Positions 57,133 through 64,000 of a stretch of DNA of 64,000 nucleotides are shown piece by piece. This DNA is from a virus (taxonomy: Duplodnaviria; Caudoviricetes). How positions within the stretch are numbered: the first letter of the stretch is position 1; every line of letters starts with the position of its first letter. The stretch covers positions 34,841-98,840 of IMG/VR virus record IMGVR_UViG_3300033074_001413, one strand, 5' to 3'. A program made the translations under genes and the position numbers. The notes beneath the pieces were generated by a model, which was given only the letters and a program-made list of their open reading frames with translations, was not told where the DNA came from and did no database searches.

Positions 57133-58845
57133 TTACGCGGCGAAGCGGCGGCGACGAGCGGGCGGCACCGGGACGATCACGTCGACCAGCGTGTCCTTGC
57201 TGCGGGTGGCGGCGACGTAGCACAGGTTGTTCTCCTGCTCAACCTGCCAGTCCTGGCGAGCATACGGGGAGGGGTTCCAGCGGTTGCGACCATACCAGAA
57301 CACCCGCTCCCACTCGCGACCCTTGGACTTGTGGATGGTGGTGAGGGTGAGCGTGGGGATCTCCTCGCCATCCTTGCTGAACATGCCGTCGATCTTGCGG
57401 CGGAGGTCTTCGAGCACCGCAGTCGGGGGCAGGTTGTCGATGATGGCCAGGATCGCATCGACCGTGTCGGCGATCTGCTCAGCCTTCTGCTCCTTGCCTT
57501 TCGCCTGGGCCTTCTGGATCTCGCGGTCCTTGTAGTCGATCAGCTTCGCTTCGAGCGCCGGGATATTCTTCACGGACTTCCAGCGATTGACGAGCTTCAG
57601 GAGGCTACCAGCGATGTCGCGGCCTTCGATATGGGAGGCGATACCTTTGCGGAGCAGGGCGAAGAAGAGGTCGATCAGCGGAGCGTTGTTGCGGCAGAGC
57701 ACCGCATCGCTCGGGTTGAGGTTCTGGCCGAACAGGGCGGAGGAGTCGATGGAGGTGACCGTACCCATCTTGGCGGTAGGAGCAGCCTGGATGTGGCTGA
57801 CCCACTGCTGCGCGAAGGCCACGACAGCTTGAGGGCAGCGGAAGCTGACGGTGAGCGGCAGTTCCTTGCAGTTGAACGCCTTGATGATGTTGTCGACCGA
57901 CTTGCTGTCAGCGCCAGTGAACCCGAAGATCGCCTGATGCCGATCACCCACCGCGATCAGCCGACCACCAGCCTTCAGGAGCTTCTTGGCCAGCGCAAGG
58001 CGCGTGGGGTTGATATCCTGGCACTCGTCCACGAGCACCCAGTCATACTGCCACACGTGCAGGTTGAGGCGGAGGGTGGCGTAGATCATGTCCTCGTAGT
58101 CCAGGATCTCGGGGAGGATCACGATGCCATAGTTGATGGCGTACACGGTCCAGTTGCAGCCGTCCTTCACGAGCTGGTCGACGTCGGAGGGGAGATCGCC
58201 GTCCTCGTTCGCGAATTCGTCGCGGAGGTCGAACCGCTCCACCAGATTCATCCACGCTTCCTGCCGTCCGAACGAGAACTCGGGGAGGACGCCAGCACCC
58301 CACTGCCGTGCCAGATCATAGGCCTTCTGCACGAAGCCGCGCAGGTGGATCGGCACGCCGATGACGCCGTTTTCCTTGCTGGTGTCGCGATGACCATTGG
58401 CGCTGATGCGGCAACCGAAGGGGCATTCGTCCAGGATGCGGTTGATCTTCTCGGTCGGCTTCGGCTTGGAGGCATCGCGAGATGCGCCACGCGACTCCAT
58501 CCACTTCACGAGCGGACGGCGACCGAAGCGGTGAGTGGTCCCCATATGGATGCGGGCTTTGCACTCGGCGGCGATGGCGTTGACCTTCTCCTCGATCTCG
58601 TCGGCGATGCGCTTGGAGTAGGCGCAGAACGCGACGTAACCGGACATGAGTTTCAGCGCCTCGATCAGGGTGGTGGTCTTGCCGCTACCCGCCACAGCCT
58701 GGATGAGTGCGTTGCCGTTGCCCGTGATGATCCAGTCGAAGATGGCCTGTTGCATCGGCGACGGGACGAAGGGCTTCTTCTTCGTGAAGTCGATAATCAC
58801 GGCGCTCTGGCCGTTGTCCGTTCCGTTGGTTTCGGTGGCTACCAT
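57133..58845 (-). CDS. UvrD/Rep-like superfamily 1 helicase
   Basis: AVAGSGKTT; VDECQD; VGDRHQAIFGF.GA; SFRCP; TIHKSKGREW; YVAATR. Confidence 0.93.
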   Translation of the reverse strand: MVATETNGTDNGQSAVIIDFTKKKPFVPSPMQQAIFDWIITGNGNALIQAVAGSGKTTTLIEALKLMSGYVAFCAYSKRIADEIEEKVNAIAAECKARIHMGTTHRFGRRPLVKWMESRGASRDASKPKPTEKINRILDECPFGCRISANGHRDTSKENGVIGVPIHLRGFVQKAYDLARQWGAGVLPEFSFGRQEAWMNLVERFDLRDEFANEDGDLPSDVDQLVKDGCNWTVYAINYGIVILPEILDYEDMIYATLRLNLHVWQYDWVLVDECQDINPTRLALAKKLLKAGGRLIAVGDRHQAIFGFTGADSKSVDNIIKAFNCKELPLTVSFRCPQAVVAFAQQWVSHIQAAPTAKMGTVTSIDSSALFGQNLNPSDAVLCRNNAPLIDLFFALLRKGIASHIEGRDIAGSLLKLVNRWKSVKNIPALEAKLIDYKDREIQKAQAKGKEQKAEQIADTVDAILAIIDNLPPTAVLEDLRRKIDGMFSKDGEEIPTLTLTTIHKSKGREWERVFWYGRNRWNPSPYARQDWQVEQENNLCYVAATRSKDTLVDVIVPVPPARRRRFAA

Positions 58846-59174
58846 ACACAACCATTAAACCACATGAACCGACCCCCTGTCAAGGGGTATATCCCCGTTT
58901 TAAAGGGGTTTTGGGATGGTTTCCGGGGGTGGCTGAGGGGGTATTTCGGGGGTTTGGACCCCCATGGTGGCTCTCCGGATCATTTCCTTAACATCCGTCC
59001 AGAGGATACCATGGTCTGGCCGCATGGCATCCCAGGAAGCGGATATAATCTCGAATAGCTCGGCACCTGTAGCCCCTTTGACCACAAGGGCGTCAAGGGA
59101 CCTTTGGAGTCGGTCTCTTTTGGTGTCTGGCCGCATGTCCCATTAAGGATTACAACTGGTTAACCATGCAAGTG

Positions 59175-59774
59175 TCAGTCGTCGTAGTCGCGCTCGGGAC
59201 CGCCGTCGTACCAGTGATTCTGCTGGCAATATGCGAGAGCATCGGCCAAGCTCTTGAATGTCTGCCGATCATGCCGACCGTTCATCAGCACGACCTTCTT
59301 CGGGCTGAACACTGCCAGCGACCAACCACCATCCGCGTGGAGGTTGTGGTCAAACAACTCGATATGCTTGGCCTTGTCCTTGTGGCGTTTGATATTCGGG
59401 AGCAACAGTTCGAGAGATGCAAGTTGTTTGCGTGTGCGTTCTGTGTCGTTGTAACGCAGAGCAACACGCACAGCCGTTTGACCAGTCTCCGGATAGTAGC
59501 CGGAAGAACCCAACAGCAGAACACCGAGTTGCCGCTCGCGCTCCTTGTGGAGAGGCATTGAACGGGGGTTTCCATCCAGAATCAAGTTGAAATCGATGGC
59601 GACCTTGGACCGACGAACCTTCTCGGCGTCAATCTTCTCCAGAGTTTTGGTGAGCCGGGTGCAGACACCAGTGAGTTTCTGCTGGATGGGGCGCAGCTCT
59701 TCTAGCAGGGAAGTCCGCTGCTGTTGAAGCTTGTCTGCGCGTTGCTCGAGCGCTTCCAATTCAGCCGTCTTCAT
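59175..59774 (-). CDS. Hypothetical protein with an N-terminal coiled coil
   Basis: 199-aa ORF. Confidence 0.6.
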   Translation of the reverse strand: MKTAELEALEQRADKLQQQRTSLLEELRPIQQKLTGVCTRLTKTLEKIDAEKVRRSKVAIDFNLILDGNPRSMPLHKERERQLGVLLLGSSGYYPETGQTAVRVALRYNDTERTRKQLASLELLLPNIKRHKDKAKHIELFDHNLHADGGWSLAVFSPKKVVLMNGRHDRQTFKSLADALAYCQQNHWYDGGPERDYDD

Positions 59775-60072
59775 ATACAGTGCGAGTCTCCATTTAGCTG
59801 CCGCAGCAGCGCTGTCATATCCGTGTCGGCCTGGGCCAGCCCAAGCAAATATTCAGATGTCGTTCCGCACACGACGTCCGTACTCAGCTTCTGCATCCGA
59901 AACACCACTGCACCCCAGTTGTCCCACAGAACATTGATGCAATGGTTGTAGATCATGGTGTCGTGGATAACGACTCCACCTCTTACTTCTTCGCGCTGAC
60001 CACCGTGTAGCACCAGCCCATCGAGAATCTGTCTGCCGTGCTCGTTAACGGCGTGAATCCAGCCGCGCCACA

Positions 60073-60507
60073 TTAGACTTCTTTCACCTCGATTGTCGGC
60101 ATCTGCAGTTCGGCTTCGTCGTCGAACTGGAGGTGAGTAGCGAAGTACTCCATCAACGCTTCCTGGACCATTGGGGAGGTCACGTTGATGTTGGTCTTCA
60201 TGGAGATGGTCACCTGCAGGTCGCGAACACGTGCATTCAGGGCAAACTCACTGATGTACTCGGAGATCTCAACCTGGGCGTTGAGGCGATCAAGGAATGC
60301 AAGCCCCTCCGCCTCAGTATCGAAGTAGACCCACAGACACGCGGATTCCGGATCGGCCACACCCGCCGTCATCACACCACGTTCCACCAGAAGTTCGGCG
60401 ATGGCTACGTTAGAGCTGAAACCGAAATACGCACGCAGGTCATCACGGAAGTACCACTGGCTGTCGTCAGAGGTTGGCTCACCCAAACTACCTCGTTCGT
60501 ATTTCAT
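60073..60507 (-). CDS. Hypothetical protein
   Basis: Leaderless start after TTGACA-18-TTTACT; DPES..L.VYF. Confidence 0.6.
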   Translation of the reverse strand: MKYERGSLGEPTSDDSQWYFRDDLRAYFGFSSNVAIAELLVERGVMTAGVADPESACLWVYFDTEAEGLAFLDRLNAQVEISEYISEFALNARVRDLQVTISMKTNINVTSPMVQEALMEYFATHLQFDDEAELQMPTIEVKEV

Positions 60508-60865
60508 AGTACGAGTAAATCATAGCCTTGGTGAAATTGTCAAGTGATCCGGTTTGATTTCAGATCACTTCCTCTTTCTGCAAGACATCCGTTCGCTCGT
60601 ATATCCTTAAAATGGTTTCGCCGGGACCGCGATAATGACCATCATGTTCGCAGCCGTAGCTACACAGGCCAGTATCACCGATGATGCAGTTGCATTTGAT
60701 GCAGATCTTAAATTTGACTTGGTACGTGTTTGACGAACCTATTTCTGGCATGAACAAACGATCTCCCTTGTAATGTACATAGGTGGGCTGAAAAACGTCT
60801 CGGAACCCGGTACCGGGACTTGGATTACAGCTACGCCCGTACCATTACAGTAGGGACAAATTCGT

Positions 60866-61798
60866 TCATACAGCTTCTTCAGCCATTTCATAGGGGTACA
60901 TCTCCGGATGACATCTGCGGCAGTATATCTCTTCCATAGAAGAGCGCACAATCCGACATTCAGAGCAGATTTCACACCGCAGTTTTGGGGTCCAAACAGT
61001 TGGTACCACAGACTTGGGTACTTCGTCCCACTCTCTGCCGTCAACTGTTCGGCCAGCGTTTTTCACGCCAAGCCTAACAAGCTGATCTCCGTTGTGTGGC
61101 CCATACTCTCCCCACTGCTTGAAGTGAAATGGCACTCCAGCCTCGACACACGCATCGCGTAGCTTGCGTACCCAGACCACCTCTGTGCGACGGATGGCGG
61201 CATTGGCGCATCCACTCTCTCCACCAACAATAACCCACCCACGACCACCGAGATCAAGGAACTCCTTCGGGAGAGTCACCTCGTTCATTAGTGGCTCGAG
61301 AGAAATACCGTAGATGACGGCTGGAGCTTCCATCAGCGCCTTGATACGCCAGAGATAATCGGAGTTCTCCACCGTAGTCATCAGCCACGCATTATGCCGT
61401 GGTCTCTTCAGCCAACTCGCTGGTAGGAGCTTGATATACTCCTGTGGACGTTTGGAGAGCAGCAACCAATCGAGCCAGTCGGTCTGCTCAATTAGCCTGT
61501 ACAAGCGTTGACGCGGTTCATCTAATATAGGAAGCCGCTCCATGATGTCGCACATAGAGCCAGTGAAGCAACGACGCCTGATGCCATTGCGTTCGGCTAA
61601 CCTGTTCCATTTGAGTGGTTCGTTCCAGTGCTTATCGCCGAAGAAACGGCGTGGTGCGTCCTTACCCCAGAGATTCATCTGCATTCTGTGGGCGAACGTT
61701 TCGGCGTAGCAGTTATCGCATGCTGGAGACACATTCGTGCAACCCCACCATGGGTTGAACGTATCATCTGTCCAGTGTATTCCGGAGTTGAAGCCCAT
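60866..61798 (-). CDS. Phage gp37/gp68 (DUF5131) radical-SAM-like protein
   Basis: IHWTDDTFNPWWGC.NVSPACDNCYA; S.EPL; WVIVGGESG; PFHFKQWG. Confidence 0.92.
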   Translation of the reverse strand: MGFNSGIHWTDDTFNPWWGCTNVSPACDNCYAETFAHRMQMNLWGKDAPRRFFGDKHWNEPLKWNRLAERNGIRRRCFTGSMCDIMERLPILDEPRQRLYRLIEQTDWLDWLLLSKRPQEYIKLLPASWLKRPRHNAWLMTTVENSDYLWRIKALMEAPAVIYGISLEPLMNEVTLPKEFLDLGGRGWVIVGGESGCANAAIRRTEVVWVRKLRDACVEAGVPFHFKQWGEYGPHNGDQLVRLGVKNAGRTVDGREWDEVPKSVVPTVWTPKLRCEICSECRIVRSSMEEIYCRRCHPEMYPYEMAEEAV

Positions 61799-61821
61799 AA
61801 GAATATAGGTTAAGAAGGGAG

Positions 61822-61898
61822 TGGAGCTGGCGGCGGGATTTGAACCCGCGACCTCCTGCATACCAAGCAGACGCTCTAGCCAACTGAGCTACACCAGC
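61822..61898 (-). tRNA. tRNA-Thr(GGU)
   Basis: GCUGGUGUAGCUCAGUUGG...UU-GGU-AU...GGUUCAAAUCC; CCA. Confidence 0.93.
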
Positions 61899-61899
61899 G

Positions 61900-62298
61900 T
61901 TACCATACAAGACTACCCAACTCAACACAACCTTTCTTCTGCCCATTTCTGGTTGGCGTAGTCCTCAAATAAATAGACGTCTTACCATCAAACAACTTGG
62001 CCGGAATCCAAATTAGTTGATTCACGCTTGGAACATATCCGACAACAGCATCAACCTCTTCAGAACTATAGCTTCGCCTCGATGCAGTACGCCCATTACC
62101 AGTAGTCAACTTCACTTTGACTACGCCGTTAGCGGCAACTCCACAGTATTTCAATTGAACCCTATGGAGGCCCTTCCAATCTAGCAAACAGTCGTATCGT
62201 TGCCCTTCGGTTAAAGGAACTGCAACCACAGCCCCAATTTCACAAGCCTTCTGTTGAACTTTTGCTAGAACAAACGCGGCTTTCTGTCTACTATTCAC
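61900..62298 (-). CDS. Group-I-intron-type PD-(D/E)XK endonuclease (I-Ssp6803I-like), free-standing
   Basis: VAVP..E.QRYDCL...RVQLK...Y...EVDA..Y......IP...I.LR.....NGQKKG. Confidence 0.75.
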   Translation of the reverse strand: MNSRQKAAFVLAKVQQKACEIGAVVAVPLTEGQRYDCLLDWKGLHRVQLKYCGVAANGVVKVKLTTGNGRTASRRSYSSEEVDAVVGYVPSVNQLIWIPAKLFDGKTSIYLRTTPTRNGQKKGCVELGSLVW

Positions 62299-62702
62299 GT
62301 GTGAATGTGTATTGCACCCTTGTGCATACCACCACTTATTTTACCTAACTTCAGGGCTTTTTGCAATATCTGAAGCCATGTCCCAGACGCATGGGGATCG
62401 ACGACAGCGACATTCTTCTCTTCATCGTCGCTTCTCCATACCTGTGTAATTAGATAGTTCACCGCATCTAGGAGACTGACGGCGAAAGCCTCTAATTCTT
62501 CATTATCAAACTTGGAGGTTCTTACGTCCGTGGTGACTATCCACTGGTGGAGGTGTCTGTTAGACTCCGTATAGTCCTTGAGAACGGCAGTCACAGTGGC
62601 GGACTGCACACCAATCGGAATGTCCACCGTAGATACCTGTATGCTGCCGCGCCAATCCCATGTGACGGCGGATTCGCGCAACAACCTCCGTAGTCTTTCC
62701 AT
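62295..62702 (-). CDS. Putative internal head protein
   Basis: MERLRRLLRES leader after TATATA-N6. Confidence 0.45.
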   Translation of the reverse strand: MERLRRLLRESAVTWDWRGSIQVSTVDIPIGVQSATVTAVLKDYTESNRHLHQWIVTTDVRTSKFDNEELEAFAVSLLDAVNYLITQVWRSDDEEKNVAVVDPHASGTWLQILQKALKLGKISGGMHKGAIHIHT

Positions 62703-62762
62703 ATCAAGTATATAGTAAAAGGGAATCTAAAGAGGCAACCTAAATACTATGAGAGTACTCCA

Positions 62763-63938
62763 TTGGCTACTGTAAACCATTATTTCAACAATTACGGTTC
62801 TAAGATAGAACAACGCCTGATGGAAGATCTGGTGATCGAATCCATCAAGATGTATGGAGTAGCTGTCCATTATATCCCGCGTACGTTCGTGAAACTGGAT
62901 CGGTTGTTCGGCGAAGATGTTCTCAGTCAGTTCGACAAAACATACCCAATTGAGATGTATTTCGACTCAGTTAGTGGGTTTGAGGGTGATCGAAATTTCC
63001 TCTCGAAATTCGGACTGGAAATACGCAAGCAGGCTAATTTTGTGGTAGCCAAACGTAGGTTCACCCAGGTTGTGAAATACGACGGCGCATGGTCAATACC
63101 TAGAAATGCTCAGGATGATGACCCGGTACGCCCGATGGAAGGTGACCTGATCTACTTCCCAATTACGAATGACTTATGGGAAATCAGGTTCGTAGACCAC
63201 GAGTCCGTGTTCTATCAACTTGGCAACTTCTACATCTGGCGGCTAACGGTGGAGAAATTCGTCAACTCTAGTGAGACCATCAACACCGGGGTTCCTGAAA
63301 TTGACGAGCTTGGTACCAGACATGCTAACCTCGCCAATGACGTGCGTGGACCAGCTGCAGAATTTGAGCCAATATTCATCAACTGCGGCGGCGTCGGATT
63401 CACTGGTGGTGACAGCACAGTCTGGACCCAGGACGCTGGTTACTCTGGTGGAGTAGCTCAATCTACAACAGAGTCCATCCTTGGTACCAGTGATCAGCAA
63501 TTATACCAAACAGCCCATACTGGCTCCTCACCATTCAGTTATGAATTTGCCGTTCCTGATGGACTCTATAACGTTACATTGAAGTTTGCTGAAATCAACA
63601 ACTTCTCCGTTGGTGAGAGATCGTTTGCCGTTGACATCAACGGGTCTAAGCGCCTACGCAAACTTGACATAGTAAAGCGCGCTCGTGGAGCGTACAAAGC
63701 GGTTGATTTCGTGTATCCAACGGCTGTCACTAGTGGGGTGTTTGGTGAGTCCGGAACTATCAAGATCACGTTCATTCCGGTAGTTGGCAACGCTATTATA
63801 AACGGAATAGTAATATCCAGACAGGAAGAGATGGAAATTAACGATCCATCAGCTGACAATCTATACATCCAAGCGGAGTCCAATAAAATCCTTGACTTCA
63901 GCGAGGACAACCCCTTCTGCGAAGGAGGTAATCCATAA
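62763..63938 (+). CDS. gp14: Neck protein, T4 gp14-like, with an inserted malectin domain
   Basis: EQRLMEDLVIESIKMYG...YIPR...LSKFGLEI...RPMEGDLIYFP...FYQLG; C-terminus DFSEDNPF; malectin at ~63375-63820. Confidence 0.92.
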   Translation: MATVNHYFNNYGSKIEQRLMEDLVIESIKMYGVAVHYIPRTFVKLDRLFGEDVLSQFDKTYPIEMYFDSVSGFEGDRNFLSKFGLEIRKQANFVVAKRRFTQVVKYDGAWSIPRNAQDDDPVRPMEGDLIYFPITNDLWEIRFVDHESVFYQLGNFYIWRLTVEKFVNSSETINTGVPEIDELGTRHANLANDVRGPAAEFEPIFINCGGVGFTGGDSTVWTQDAGYSGGVAQSTTESILGTSDQQLYQTAHTGSSPFSYEFAVPDGLYNVTLKFAEINNFSVGERSFAVDINGSKRLRKLDIVKRARGAYKAVDFVYPTAVTSGVFGESGTIKITFIPVVGNAIINGIVISRQEEMEINDPSADNLYIQAESNKILDFSEDNPFCEGGNP

Positions 63939-64000
63939 TGCTAGGTCACTCTCCATTCTACTATGGCTCCGTTCGCAAAGCGCTGGTAGCGTTCGGCACT
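63938..64000 (+). CDS. gp15: Tail terminator / sheath stabiliser, T4 gp15-like (partial)
   Basis: MLGHSPFYYGSVRKALVAFGT directly after gp14. Confidence 0.8.
   Translation, partial: MLGHSPFYYGSVRKALVAFGT

Noticed and set aside
57331-59058. 575-aa + strand ORF
   Set aside because: Antisense shadow of the high-GC3 helicase gene.
61799-61861. N-terminal extension of gp37/gp68 in the ORF track
   Set aside because: It runs through tRNA-Thr; family similarity begins at MGFNSGIHWTD (61798).
1-64000. Stop-codon reassignment (alternative genetic code)
   Set aside because: Long genes are intact in code 11, and TAA, TAG and TGA all terminate conserved genes. The break at ~32730 is a frame change, not a read-through.

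Overview
The window is part of a large T4-like (myovirus, probably jumbo) phage genome. Recognisable virion genes lie on the + strand: two paralogous VrlC/DUF4815-type baseplate proteins (4270 and 2236 aa), a gp19-like tail tube, and neck/tail-terminator gp13, gp14 and gp15. They are dispersed among dozens of small accessory ORFs. Also present are a tyrosyl-tRNA synthetase, an SF1 helicase, an ATP-grasp protein, a gp37/gp68 protein, a PD-(D/E)XK nuclease and seven tRNAs. Several domains suggest an Acidobacteriota-like host (inference). The most unusual signals are: (1) a ~670-nt promoter-driven, highly base-paired non-coding RNA with an embedded tRNA-like domain (7151-7817); (2) six nested 'Russian-doll' beta-sandwich domains tipped by a vWA domain, inserted in the giant baseplate protein; (3) a family of late proteins with T4-type capsid-targeting N-termini, three of them ADP-ribosyltransferase-like; (4) pervasive leaderless transcripts, plus two small structured RNAs co-transcribed with tRNAs, one of which shows a 16S-3'-end-like anti-Shine-Dalgarno loop; (5) a malectin domain inside neck protein gp14. 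All assignments are by eye; no searches were run.
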